A stretch of 63,272 bases of DNA, the filler included, from Octopus bimaculoides (lineage: Eukaryota), in NCBI RefSeq assembly GCF_001194135.2. It is 7 parts of 6 records of this genome, joined end to end, with 100 filler letters (N's around TTAATTAATTAA, not from the genome) between each part and the next. Parts side by side here need not be neighbours in the genome. Positions count along the whole stretch, not along the records: positions 1 to 5,230 come from NC_068981.1; positions 5,331 to 17,251 come from NC_068988.1; 5 more parts are not named here. One strand, given 5' to 3'. The notes below the pieces were generated by a model that worked only from the letters and a program-made list of their open reading frames with translations, did not search any database and was not told where the DNA came from. This document shows, piece after piece, positions 1-12,103 of the stretch. Positions within the stretch are counted from its first letter, which is position 1, and each line of letters opens with the position of its first letter. The translations under genes were made by a program, and so were the position numbers.

Positions 1-1043
1 ATATATATATATATATATACTCAAAGAGAGTTAGGGGTTGAGGATTCAACCCACTAAGGGATAGTATCTATCCAATATACTGTTGGGAGGGTACCCAATT
101 ATTGTTACACTAGTGTTATACCAAGTGCAATAAGTGGGTGCGGGTAAAGGGTAAAAGGGGGTTATTTTACCCTAAATTTATATAGCAATGAGAAAATGGA
201 GGAGAATATGCGGTACCCATCGACTTGCAGACAATGTATTCCGTTGATTAATCTGTTTATTTTATAACTAAATTGACAAAGAACACAATATACAGACACT
301 TATGACATACCATGTCATATTAACAATTAAGATTTCAAATTTAATGGACATTTAACAATTGGAGAAGGGACAGAAACTTCTCCTAAAAACAAAAAGGAGT
401 ATTAAAATAACGCTCAACTGTATCTCCCTCTTTTATTAGATCTATGAATCACCAGTATGAATCATGAGTCACCAGTACTTGACTAGTTATTTTTTCCACA
501 ATGATTCAACCTTATGCTTATTCAAAATCCTAACTTGCCTCGCTGCCCCTTCACACAACCATATCTACTCGCATGCAACAAGAAATAGAACTTCCAAATT
601 ACTAAAACTGAAAATGGCATTACCATTTCAATCGTCTCCTCTCAGACCTTTCCTTCCAATGCACCTCTGCCTTGCTTGTGTTTTGCTTTGAATTGTTTCT
701 TCCATTTTTTTTCTGCTGGATTTGGGCCAAAGCTTTGTAAGTATTGTATTGCAATGCCACCACATACAATTATATTCACATCATACCATCTCATTATGAA
801 AGATTTACTTGTCATGGTAAAGTAGTGTACTGAATTATCGCTGAAGTCAAAGGTAAGTTCGAACAGCGTTCATTATGATACACAGTTTGGAATCCCACCT
901 CAAACGATTTACCTTTCGCCAACGATAGTCGGATGAGTGCAAAAATTGATCTTTGTACAAGAAGGACCATGCGTGCAGTCATGGTTATGTGAATATGAAC
1001 AGTTTATGGATACAGTTGTGGCCATGACAGCAAGCATAGTTAT

Positions 1044-1262
1044 TGGTAGAGTTGTGGTTATGTAATTAAAGAGTTTACTTTACAACTAAATGACTTCGGG
1101 TTTAATTCCACAATGCATCAACAAAGGCGGGGCGGCGAGCTGGCAGAAACGTTAGCACACCGGGCGAAATGCTTAGCGGTATTTCGTCTGCCGTTAAGTT
1201 CTGAGTTCAATTTCCATAATGCATCACCTTGTGCATGTCTTCTGTCATGTCCTCAGCTTGAA
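1044..1262 (+). mobile_element. Degenerate 5' part of CORE-type tRNA-derived SINE (family A) interrupted by a head-only family-B SINE (1131-1214)
   Basis: Head ggtagagttgtggttatgtaattaaagagtt...gggtttaattccac aligns to family-A heads elsewhere in the window. The insert ggcggcgagctggcagaaacgttagcac...gagttcaatttcc is flanked by the direct repeat aatgcatca (1112-1120 / 1218-1226). Confidence 0.7.
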
Positions 1263-1789
1263 GAAATCCTTGGAAGATACTTGGTTGCCAGAAACCGTGT
1301 GGAAACCCAGGAATATATTTGTTTCTCGTCTTGGATGCTCAATATAATCCGTCACCCTTTTTAACCAGAATATTGAATGAGGCCAGTCTGTGGTAAGTAA
1401 ACCTGGGTTAAGACCACGGTTTGAGAAGAACTTTCTCCTGTCTTTCCAGAAATCCTTTGATTCTGCCTTCCGTCCATGGAAGAATTGTCTTTTACGAATG
1501 ACATCAATGCTGGTAAAAACTGTGGACCTAAATACAGAACGTGGAAATATGAGATTCTAAATCAACAGTTTTGGAAATAGTTTCCTGAACATTGACACAA
1601 TATTTACCGATTCCAAACATCTGTCTTCCACAAGAGTGCATGCTGCATTCTAGTATATTCTATCTCGCTGCACTATATCGAGATTTTTTTTTTTTTGTAT
1701 TAGTGTTTAATGGAAGGCATAATTAGAATTTGCTTTGGTTTATGTTTTATTTTTCAAACTATGGAGTCAGTCTACGAAACTATCATTAT

Positions 1790-1844
1790 ATCATCATCAT
1801 CATTATTGTTGTTGTTGTTGTTGTTGTTGTCATTCTCTTTGTTG

Positions 1845-1915
<71 letters not shown>
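1790..1915. repeat. Compound trinucleotide microsatellite (CAT)n-(GTT)n-(TAT)n
   Basis: Directly visible; explains the poly-L/I/Y ORFs at 1710-2127. Confidence 0.95.
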
Positions 1916-2059
1916 GATACTTCCATCTGACAAGTCCATGCAATTGATAAAATTCTATGGTTTTCGTTTTTGTTTGTTTTTTTTTCTTGCAATATTGGCT
2001 GAAATAGCACGAAATATGTTGCTGACATTTGGGAAATATGTATGTGTTCGGGTATAGAT

Positions 2060-2173
2060 GTATACGTGTAAGCATGTATGCATGTATGTATGTATATATG
2101 TATGTATCTATGTATGTATAGACACACATACGTGCAAGCTCATATATATGTGTGTGTATACATGTATGCATGT

Positions 2174-2240
<67 letters not shown>

Positions 2241-2463
2241 CCTATGTATGTATATACACATTTAGCTATGAATGCATGTTTGAAAGTAAATACATTTGTA
2301 CGTGTCTGTGCTTGTCGGCAATATTCCATCAGCTCATTCTTCAGACATATACATACACATGTATGTATATATATATATGTATACAGTTATATATATATAT
2401 ATATTTATATATAGAGATATATATATATATATACACACACATACATATATTTCTATATGCATG

Positions 2464-2501
<38 letters not shown>
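2060..2501. repeat. Mixed (TATG)n/(AGAT)n/(TA)n microsatellite tract
   Basis: Directly visible, e.g. (agat)n at about 2175-2240. Confidence 0.95.
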
Positions 2502-2502
<1 letters not shown>

Positions 2503-4249
2503 NNNNNNNNNNAATGCATCTACAGTATTAAAACTACCGTACATAGCCAGTAAATGAATATACACACGTTTTTGCGTATATATATGTATATATATATATA
2601 TATGGGGGGGGGCGAACGTGCGTGCGTGTGTGTGCGTGTAATACGTGAGCATGTGCGCATGAAAATACGTGAATGACCTTTTTACGAAGAGTTATTTTCA
2701 AATAAACCAGATGCCGGAAACAAATAGCGAAGCAGCTGTTGTATTCTGGGAACTCGCTATCTTTATATCCAGGCTGACATTTCAGATAAGCGTAGCTGTT
2801 CGTGTCAATGTTATCCTGCCAGCCATGAAGAAGGACCCTCGGTGTAATAAATAAATTAACCCACAGGCATTACACAACTATTTTCAATGTAAACAGTGAA
2901 GAATAAATACGTGGCAAGTATCTTTTATTCATTCGTATGCCTTTCTTATCAATAAAATATATTAAGCGAATTCAAATGTTCTCTATTAATTATGGTTTAT
3001 TTGCGGAGATAAGCCGCAGGTAAGATGTCGGAAAATAGCATCGAAAAGTTACTTTATTTCTGTTTAAAACTAATATATTACTGTTATATTACTTAGGCGT
3101 TGATGTAATGCAATCGTATTCCATTTTCTCATTGTTAGAAATTGTTGGCTCTGTATCCAAGTAAGAGATCATTTGTTATACCTTCAATTCCTCTCCATCC
3201 ACGTCCACCACTCGGCATTTTGTTCACTGAGTGACGGATGGACGACAATATTATCCACAACTCGTTTCCTGCTGAAATATATGTGTATGTGTGTGTGTAC
3301 ATGCTTATATATAGATATATATGTATATATATATATGCAACCAACCATTGTAGAAACTGCAGGAAAATTTTCATTTGATTCCCCGTTCTATGACTGCATC
3401 CCTCCGAACCATGTTCCCGGCCACGTTTACATTTTTACAGCAGACCTCTCAACAGCCTTGTTTGGACGGCGAATTTAATTCCATATGACTGTTCCTCTGC
3501 TTGCTCTAGTGCTACCGAATATCACTGAAGGGAAGAACATTACAAAGAATACTTAGAAATTACATAGAAACAACAACAAACGAGTGAGATAGTAAAATAT
3601 AAAGAGGGATATGTAATACATTTCGATACAAAATATTACATTCCTACAACTGGGGACAGAAAATAGCAAGCACGCTTATAGCTTACGCAACAGAAGATAA
3701 AAAAGATCTGGTCTCAATTAAAACGTAAAGGAAGAACAAGAATTTAAGAACATAAGGTTTGAATAAAGTTTGCGATAGAAAAGACAGAATGACAGGAAAC
3801 AATGATGAGATGGATCCAATTGCTAAATCAGCAGCTGGGTACAGAGGAAAAAATTTGAGGAAATAATATAAGAAACGGACAGAAAGAACGATAGAGAGGA
3901 AGAGTTAATGTCAATGAGAGCTGGTAAAATAAGAGAAGACACAAAAAGATAAAGTGCGATCAAAGAAAGATTTAGAAGCAGTAAGAACAAAAGGGCAAGA
4001 CACTGAGAGGGGGAAGTATTTGCGATAAAGTTGTCAGAGAGTGAAAGTTAAAACGTATATTAGATTAGCAATAATAGGATGTTGTGTGGGGTAGAAATGT
4101 AGAAGTGAAAATCAAAGTGAGATATTGAAACGTTTAAGAGAGAAGGCCCACTAAGCATAACATATCTCTCGTCAGCTATGAGGCCAGAAGTAATGTAGTT
4201 TTCCTGCGTTTAAACACAGAAGACTTTAACTCGTTGGGACTACGCACCT

Positions 4250-4294
<45 letters not shown>

Positions 4295-4529
4295 NNNNNN
4301 NNNNNNNNNNNNNNNNNNNNNNNNNNNNNNNNNNNNNNNNNNNNNNNNNNNNNNNNNNNNNNNNNNNNNNNNNNNNNNNNNNNNNNNNNNNNNNNNNNNN
4401 NNNNNNNNNNNNNNNNNNNNNNNNNNNNNNNNNNNNNNNNNNNNNNNNNNNNNNNNNNNNNNNNNNNNNNNNNNNNNNNNNNNNNNNNNNNNNNNNNNNN
4501 NNNNNNNNNNNNNNNNNNNNNNNNNNNNC

Positions 4530-4700
4530 ACAAGCGTTTTTTATTCTCTCTCTCTTTATACCCGTTTGTCCCTTTCTGTTGAAGAGCGTAGGCTCGAAAC
4601 GTAAAAGAATTTCTCACCTACCCGAGCGTCAAACTAATAAACCTGCTTGTTGCTTATACACCTGTCTTCGTCTTTTGTTTTTCTTTAAATTTCAACTATA
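4530..4700 (+). mobile_element. Penelope-like terminal-repeat fragment carrying a hammerhead motif
   Basis: Homologous to 24605-24730 (minus strand); contains CTTT-CTGTTGA-A-GAGC-GTAG-GCTC-GAAA-CG-TA-AAAG. The PLE assignment is inferred from the HHR architecture. Confidence 0.6.
4572..4607 (+). ncRNA. Minimal type-I hammerhead ribozyme-like motif, A6U core variant
   Basis: Stem I CTTT/AAAG; core CTGTTGA; stem II GAGC/GCTC with GTAG loop; GAAA; palindromic stem III ACGT; predicted cleavage after GUA (4603). Confidence 0.6.
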
Positions 4701-5435
4701 TATATATATATAAATAATGCATCTACATACATACATGATGCATACATAAATGTTCATTTTGGGGTTATTCTTAATGGAATTTTGACGATAACCGCAAAGC
4801 ATTCACAGATGGGTGAACTCCAAACTAAATATAGACATTTCATATGAAATCTCTTTTGACCGATATTTCAAGTTTCACCACATGGCGCGCTGCAAAAGCC
4901 GTCAGGCAAAGCCTGAGGTCTCGTTCGATACAGATGCTATAAGATACATATGCGTATAAGTGGAGGCGAGGTGACGTTATCGCTTCACAAATAGATACGT
5001 GTAAACAAAAAGAAAAAGAAAAATACACACGGACAAATATATACAGAAATAAAGAGTAAGGTCAATTGTCAGGTTGACTGACGCATTAAAGGTACACAAA
5101 TCGATCAGTCAAGAGACAAGAAGACAGGCAGAGCGGTGGGCTCTCGCATGTGTGTGGGTATGCACATGCATATACATACATACAAATATATATACAGGTA
5201 TATATACAGTATATACTTATATATATATATNNNNNNNNNNNNNNNNNNNNNNNNNNNNNNNNNNNNNNNNNNNNTTAATTAATTAANNNNNNNNNNNNNN
5301 NNNNNNNNNNNNNNNNNNNNNNNNNNNNNNATATATATATATATATATATTACTACAAAAATTTTCACTTTGGACATAGCGTGTGCTTTTTTTCTGATAT
5401 ATGTTTTATTGACTATGCGTGTGTGTGTGTGTATA

Positions 5436-5736
5436 CAGGGTGTGATAGGTAAATTGTTGCTGTTTGATACTTTTAACCTCATGCATGCACGTTGTTTGTT
5501 TTTGATTTTGTCGACTACTCAATATGGTAGGGTCAGTTGGGAAGAAGAGTTTCAGGAGATTCCGAAGTCGTCTGGAGGCCATGGTTGAAGCCAATGGCGA
5601 TTTTATTGAATATATTTACTCCGTAGTATTTCAAGATATCTTCATGCAATTTTGGTAAATATATCTGTTAAAATGGGATGACAGTGTTATTTTCATTTTT
5701 GCGTAATTCAGATGACAGTTTATTCACTGCACCCTG
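5436..5736 (+). mobile_element. Internally deleted Tc1/mariner (maT-like) non-autonomous element
   Basis: TA-flanked cagggtg...caccctg ends (15/22 matching TIR). Encodes the transposase C-terminus KSFRRFRSRLEAMVEANGDFIE. Confidence 0.65.
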
Positions 5737-5784
5737 TATATATACTCGAGAAACTCTGCCTACCACAACAGAATTGAGATCCTA

Positions 5785-6010
5785 AAAAGGTGCCTTATAA
5801 AGAGCATTGATGTGGGTGCTGCTGCCATGTAAAAAAGCATCCAGTACCATTCATAGAGTGGTTGGCATCAGGATGGGCATTCAACTGTAGAATTCAAGTC
5901 GAAACAGACTATGGAACTTGGTGTGGTCCCTGGCCTTGCCAGTTCCTGCCAAACCATCCAGCCTACACCAACATGGAAGACAGACATTAAATGTTGATGA
6001 TGATGACAAT
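5785..6010 (+). mobile_element. RTE-LINE-type 3' tail fragment
   Basis: gagtggttggcatcaggatgggcattcaactgtagaa...ttaaatgttgatgatgatgac matches the 3' UTR downstream of the RTE ORF at 15734-15992. Confidence 0.7.
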
Positions 6011-6023
6011 GATATATAAGTGA

Positions 6024-6340
6024 GAGCATGTAGCTTAGTGGTTAGGGTATTTGGTTCATGATTGTGAGGTTGTGCATTCAATTCCCAGCAACATGTGTTC
6101 CTGAGCAAGACACTTTATTTCAAGTTGCTTTAGTCTACCCATCTGGGAAAAATTCGCTATACATGTATTTTGACAGGCCCACCTTCTCACATTCTGTGTC
6201 ATGGTGAATCTCCCTAAAAACTACATTATGGTACACATGTCTGTGGAGTGCTCAACCATTTTTCCACATTAATTTCACAAGCAGGTTGTCCCGTTATTCA
6301 TTGAATTAACTGGAACACTTGCCATAACCAATGGAGTGCT
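6024..6340 (+). mobile_element. tRNA-derived SINE (family C)
   Basis: A-box tagcttagtgg, B-box-like gcattcaattcc, then tgttcctgagcaagacactttatttc. The 3' half recurs at 11943-12103. Confidence 0.75.
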
Positions 6341-6504
6341 TATATATANNNNNNNNNNNNNNNNNNNNNNNNNNNNNNNNNNNNNNNNNNNNNNNNNNNN
6401 NNNNNNNNNNNNNNNNNNNNNNNNNNNNNNNNNNNNNNNNNNNNNNNNNNNNNNNNNNNNNNNNNNNNNNNNNNNNNNNNATATTATATATATGTTATAT
6501 ATAA

Positions 6505-6632
6505 TTTCTTTTTACTTGTTTCAGTCATGTGACTGGAGTAACCACCTTTTAGTCAAGCAAATCGACACCAGGATGTATTTTTTAAAGTTTGGTACTTATT
6601 CTATCAGTCTCTTTTGCTGAACCACTAAGTTA
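6505..6632 (-). mobile_element. SINE family A, 3' half
   Basis: Reverse complement of ...gatagaataagtac...gtcgatttgcttgactaaagg...tgactgaaacaagtaaaaga. Confidence 0.8.
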
Positions 6633-6639
6633 TATATGT

Positions 6640-6694
<55 letters not shown>

Positions 6695-6889
6695 TACATA
6701 TATATAGAGAGAGATTTAGAAAGGCTTTTAACACAATATCTCATGGTGGACTATGTCGATACATGAGGTAGGGTTTAAATTTGCCTTTACTTATGTTAAT
6801 GTTAATATCTAGGAAATTAACTTCTTTAAGGTTAGTCTTAATTGTAGTTCTTAGATTTAGTTGGCTAAATATTTTGCTTTCATTATATA

Positions 6890-7200
6890 TCATCATCATT
6901 ATCATTATTTAGCATCTGCTTTCCATGCTGGAATGTGTTAGACGGTTTGACTGGAACTGGTAAGCCAGAGAACTGCATCAGGTTCCAGTCTGGTTTGGCA
7001 TGGCCTCTATGGCTGTATGCCCTTCCTAACATCAACTGCTCCATGTATGTAATGGGTGCTTTTTACATGCCATCGACATGAGTGCTTTTATGTACCACCA
7101 GCATGAGTGCCAGTTACGTGACACTGGCATTGACCACAACTAGGATTTCACTTGGCTTGACAAGTCTTCTTAAGTACAGCATATCACCAAAGGTCTTGAT
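6890..7200 (-). mobile_element. RTE-LINE-type 3' tail fragment
   Basis: (CAT)n tail followed by gcatctgctttccatgctgg...gcccttcctaac; same family as 63038-63272. Confidence 0.75.
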
Positions 7201-7594
7201 CATTTATGATGTAATCTAAGAATGCATATATGATGTACAGCACATATGATGTAATCTAAGAATGCATCAATACAATGCTACTGAAATAGCTGCTGTGAAT
7301 TTCTGAAGCTCACTTGTGTTCTTCTTTTATACATATGCCATATTTGGAACCATCCCTGGGCTGGATCTACAGTTTATATTCGATTGGATACCTATGTATG
7401 TATGCATCTGTCTATGTGTATCTATAAATGATATATATATAGGTAGATGTGTGAATAAATATCTGCATACCTGTAGTATACAATAAAAAAACAACAAGTA
7501 TAAGTTGCTCTAGAGTATTGTAAGTTCAGTACTGAGTCTATCCTGGCTTCCTTCATGTTAAAATACTTAGATTCTTGTGAATCCTGCAATTGAC

Positions 7595-7666
<72 letters not shown>

Positions 7667-7669
<3 letters not shown>

Positions 7670-8506
7670 GCAGAATGTGGCAGTCTTATAAACGACGATG
7701 TTACTGCTGTTTAAGCCCCAGGAAAACATCATTTCCAGCTAGCTATCAACACAGCCTGTGTCCATATAGTGTTTGCAATGGAAGTTATCGCTCCCATCTC
7801 CAGCCTTACATGATACTCACAGACCATGGTTTCTAGGTGGTTACTCATCCTCAGTATGAGACAAGCTTTCTCCACTTGCAAATACTATATATTCTTTAAG
7901 TAACACATAGTCACTGATCTCATATAGAGAAAAACGACTTGTTTTAAATCACTCAACGAGAGATATACTGTAAGAGAACCCAAAGTAAAGTTATTATTTA
8001 CCAACAGAATGTGGCGGTCTTATAAACGACACTGTTACTGTTGTTTAAGTCCCTGTTGATAGCAAGCTGGAAAAGATGTTTTCTCGGGGCTTAAGCAACA
8101 GTAACAACGTCATTTATAGGACCACCACATTCTGTTGGCAAATAAACTTTACTGTTCAGTACGGTACTCTATATCTCTCACTGAGAGATTTAAAACAGGT
8201 TGTTTTTTTCTATATGAGATCAGCGACTGTGTCACTTAAAGAATATATATAGTGTTTGTGAATGGAGAAAGCTTTCATCAACAGCCAGTGATTGTCTCAC
8301 ACTGAGGTTGGGTAACCACCCAGAAACCATGGACTGTGAGTACCACATAAGGCTGGATATGGGAGCGATGACCTTCCTGGCAAACACTATATGGACACAG
8401 ACCGTGAGTCAATAGGCATCCGGAAAAGATGTTTTTCTGGAGCTTAAACAACAGTAACATCGTCGTTTATAGGATCGCCACATTCTGTTGGCAAATTAAC
8501 TTTACT
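7667..8506. repeat. ~840-bp imperfect foldback palindrome built from ~340-bp units
   Basis: 7667-8053 is the reverse complement of 8054-8506 (roughly 85% identity by eye, one ~18-bp indel). The motif cagaatgtggcrgtcttataaacgac occurs at 7671 and about 8005 (forward) and ends at about 8135 and 8486 (reverse). Confidence 0.9.
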
Positions 8507-8529
8507 ATATATATAAAACACACATGTTA

Positions 8530-9115
8530 CATAACACACCACTTCTGTTGCACTTCGGCAAATCTCATATGAAAATTCTGCGGTGCTCTTTACATTGGAG
8601 AAACAGGGCAACGCCTTGGGGATCACCTTCAGGAACATATCAGAAGCATAATGCTACGTATGCCAGGCCTACCTGTTGCAGATTTATCAGTGTGTGGCAT
8701 GGCCTTGCATCACAGACCGCCCCCCCCCACTTCTCTAGGAAATGAAAGGAGCAATGTCTCATATTTGATCTTGGCACTATATCCCCGACAAGTATGAATG
8801 AACGTTTTTCCTTTCATCCTTTCACATCCTCTTAATTTTATTTTTATGTTTTGCAATCCTCCTTCCACCCTCTCTCTGCAACATTGCCACATTTACTTAT
8901 CTCTACTCTCTCCATCACCCTTTCCCTCCTCCTTTCTGCATGTCCTTTCCTATAACCCCTGTTATTCTGCGTCCATTATCAGTTGCAGCTAGTTTTTCAA
9001 GCTGAGAGGATGTAAACTCTGTTTGACTTTCTTGTCTTTTTCTTCTCTTTTCTCTTCCCCCTGACAAAGGATTAAATCCGAAACGTTGGATATTCCACTC
9101 CTCACAGCAAGCTTA
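8530..9115 (+). mobile_element. Penelope-like element 3' remnant (GIY-YIG endonuclease pseudogene plus terminal repeat)
   Basis: Frame through 8591 reads CGALYIGETGQRLGDHLQEHIRSIMLRMPGLPVA, later EQCLIFDLGTISPTSMNERFSF. Ends with an HHR relic at 9059-9089. Confidence 0.85.
9059..9089 (+). ncRNA. Degenerate minimal hammerhead motif at PLE 3' end
   Basis: CC-CTGACAA-A-GGA-TTAAA-TCC-GAAA-CG-TT-GG; G8 is replaced by A, so it is probably inactive. Confidence 0.55.
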
Positions 9116-9157
9116 CTGTACTCCTTTCATTTCGCACACACCCACACACACACACAT

Positions 9158-9306
9158 ACAACAGGCTCTGACTCTTCTGCCAAATACACTCAAAAAGAAT
9201 TGAGTGGCTTGGTCTATAGCAAAAGGCACTTACCCAAAATTGACATGCAGTGGGACTGAACTCCAAATCACATGGCTGCAAAGCAAGCTTCTTAACCACA
9301 CAACCA
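9158..9306 (-). mobile_element. SINE family A, 5' half (diverged)
   Basis: Reverse complement of tggttgtgtggttaagaagcttgc...gagttcagtcccactgcatg...ttgggtaagtgcc. Confidence 0.75.
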
Positions 9307-10206
9307 ATCATACAATATATACAGTATACTGTGAACATTTCTAAGTGTTGTTAACTAAGTAAAATATACTTCACTGAGGAGCTCTAAGAAGACTGAACTA
9401 TGTCTATTGTTTTCACCATTTGGTTTTAAAGACTAGATGCATTCCTATCCACATAGCCTTCCTAGTTGAGCAAATTTAATCAAGTGGCCTGACTGAAGTT
9501 ATTGATAAATAAATTATCTATCAACTGGGGAATACAATTTTGCTGCTCTCACCATATTTTGTAACTTTGCAAGGCATTAATCACAACCACTTGCTTCTAA
9601 AATAATACAGCTACTACTATGACAACAACTACAAACACAATCACTATGAATAGTAGTAGTAGTAGTAGTAGTAGTAGCAGTAGTAGTAGTAGTAGTAGTA
9701 GTAGTAATAGTTTTTCCAAATGTAACAAAAATAATATAAATATAAGGAATCATAATATATTCTCTCACTTTCTTTAAAAAAAGCTTTCTCTAATATTCTG
9801 CAAATATAATTTTATTTATATTCAAACATAAGGAAAAAGAGAAAATAAGCATATTAGAAGGAATATTAAATGAAAATTGATATTTCTCTCTTAAGCAAAG
9901 ACATACATGCAACACATACATATAAGCTCACACACTCAGACACACGACACATACACACACACACACACACACAGACATAAATTCCTCCCTCCCTCTCTCA
10001 CATTCCCTCTCCCTTGTTTTAAGTATGCCAAAGAAATATAGGACTCTAGTGAACAAATGGCAAGTGTCAAGTTCTTCAGATTTGGATATGAAATATTTGC
10101 CTTTATACATACATAGTCATGTATATACATCAATCTGTTCATCTATATACATCATAGTCATGCTTACATAGGCACATTCATATACATACCTCAATCTGTA
10201 TTCAGT

Positions 10207-10245
<39 letters not shown>

Positions 10246-10682
10246 TTGAGGTCTGTCATAAAAAACACTAAACTATTAAAACAGAGCATGAATTACTTAG
10301 CACAGTATGCCTACAATGGCAGTAATGCATAAGGCTAACCTTGGCCTTCAGTCTAATAATAGTCACATCTTGCTATATTATTTAGTCATCAATTTACATG
10401 TCCCAGTGTGAATATATTTTTAATGCACTTGGTGATTTGTCACAAGTTGAACAAGGAAAATTTTCCAAAAGCAATGTGTTTGTGTGTAAGTATTTATCAA
10501 AACATTTATGGGGATATTTTGACTGCTGCAGCAGACCTATGATTGATTAAGCCATATACAAATTCACAAAAAATAGTTCTTGTGTTTCCAATGGGAAAGA
10601 ACATCCATCAGCTAAGATCTTAAATATGGACGTCTGACGTAAATTTGCTGTCTGACTTGCTTTGTGTTAGATATATTATCAT

Positions 10683-10846
10683 AGGTGCAGGTGTGGCTGT
10701 GTGGTAAGTAGCTTGCTTACCAACCACATGGTTCTGGGTTCAGTCCCACTGCATGGCATCTTGGATAAGTGTCTTCTACTATAGCCTCGGGCCAACCAAA
10801 GCCTTGTGAGTGGATTTGGTAGACGGAAACTGAAAGAAGCCTGTCG

Positions 10847-10885
<39 letters not shown>

Positions 10886-11218
10886 ATATNNNNNNNNNNN
10901 NNNNNNNNNNNNNNNNNNNNNNNNNNNNNNNNNNNNNNNNNNNNNNNNNNNNNNNNNNNNNNNNNNNNNNNNNNNNNNNNNNNNNNNNNNNNNNNNNNNN
11001 NNNNNNNNNNNNNNNNNNNNNNNNNNNNNNNNNNNNNNNNNNNNNNNNNTGTTGGCGTGTTTACGTCCCCATAACTTAGTGGTTCGGCAAAAGAGATCGA
11101 TAGAATTAAGTACTAGGCTTACAAAGAATAAGTCCTGGGTTCGATTTGCTCGACTAAAGGTGGTGCTCCAGCATGGCAACAGTTAAATGACTGAAACAAG
11201 TAAAAGAGTAAAAGAGTA
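10683..11218 (+). mobile_element. Full-length SINE family A (tRNA head + CORE-like box + internal (TA)n + 3' tail)
   Basis: ggtgtggctgtgtggtaag...gggttcagtcccactgcatggcatcttggataagtgtc...gaagcctgtcg(TA)n[gap]...aaatgactgaaacaagtaaaagagtaaaaga. ttgggcaagtg resembles the CORE-SINE box (family name from memory). Confidence 0.9.
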
Positions 11219-11221
11219 TAA

Positions 11222-11385
11222 GTGCTGGTGTGGCTGTGTGGCAAGAGGCTTGCTTCCTAACCTCATGGTTCTGAGTTCAGTCTCATTGCATGGCATCTTG
11301 GGCAAGTGTCTTCTACTATTGCCACAGGCTGACCAAAGCTTTGTCAGTGGATTTGGTAGATGGAAACTGAAAGAAGCCTGTTCAA
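11222..11385 (+). mobile_element. SINE family A, 5' half, directly abutting the preceding copy
   Basis: Second head ggtgtggctgtgtggcaagagg...gaaactgaaagaagcc. Confidence 0.85.
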
Positions 11386-11440
11386 TATATATATAGATAG
11401 ATATATATATATATGTCTTGCAAAAAACTCGCACATGCAA

Positions 11441-11472
<32 letters not shown>

Positions 11473-11893
11473 CAGGTGAACAGAGATTTACATATCCCGG
11501 TTTTATTATACAATTAATCACATCTTTCTTTGTCAGTATTTACATGTGTTTCCGCTGCAAGTTGCATAATTTGCAGTGTGCACCAGCTTGCAGCAGAAGC
11601 ACATGTTGGTACTGACAATGAAAGATGCGATTAACTGTATGATAGAACTTGGATTTACAAATCTCTGTTCTACTGATATTTATTAATTTATTATTTCTTC
11701 TCTACTGACATTATGTAGTCTTTATAAGGACAATTGAATTTACCAAAGTGAGGATTTACTGAGTATAGTAAATTTAACTAACTGGAGTTTGTCTACATTC
11801 ACTGTGGTTAGCTAGCATTGTTAGTTGATAAGAGCGAGTATGGTACCCGCTAAGATCATATATCCCTCTTAACCATTTTTGAAAATTAACTTT

Positions 11894-11939
<46 letters not shown>

Positions 11940-11942
11940 TGT

Positions 11943-12103
11943 AGAGCCAGCTTTGTCACTCTGTGTCATGAACCTCCCCGAGAACTACGTTAAGAGTACA
12001 CGTTTCTGTGGAGTGCTCAGCCACTTGCACGTAATTTCACGAGCAGGCTGTTCCATTGATCGGATCAACTGGAACCCTCGTCGTAACCGACGGAGTGCCA
12101 CCA
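11943..12103 (+). mobile_element. SINE family C, 3' part
   Basis: Aligns with 6170-6340 (ctgtggagtgctcagccacttgcacg...aactggaaccctcg). Confidence 0.75.

Noticed and set aside
1248-1556. 103-codon stop-free minus frame containing FLGFHTVSG (faintly Academ/PIN-like)
   Set aside because: Lacks the diagnostic GCD motif and a start; the length is within chance range for the window.
6715-6767. KAFNTISH peptide (RT-like) with a downstream GT donor
   Set aside because: Isolated 16 codons next to a microsatellite with a weak acceptor; neither RT nor exon is supportable.
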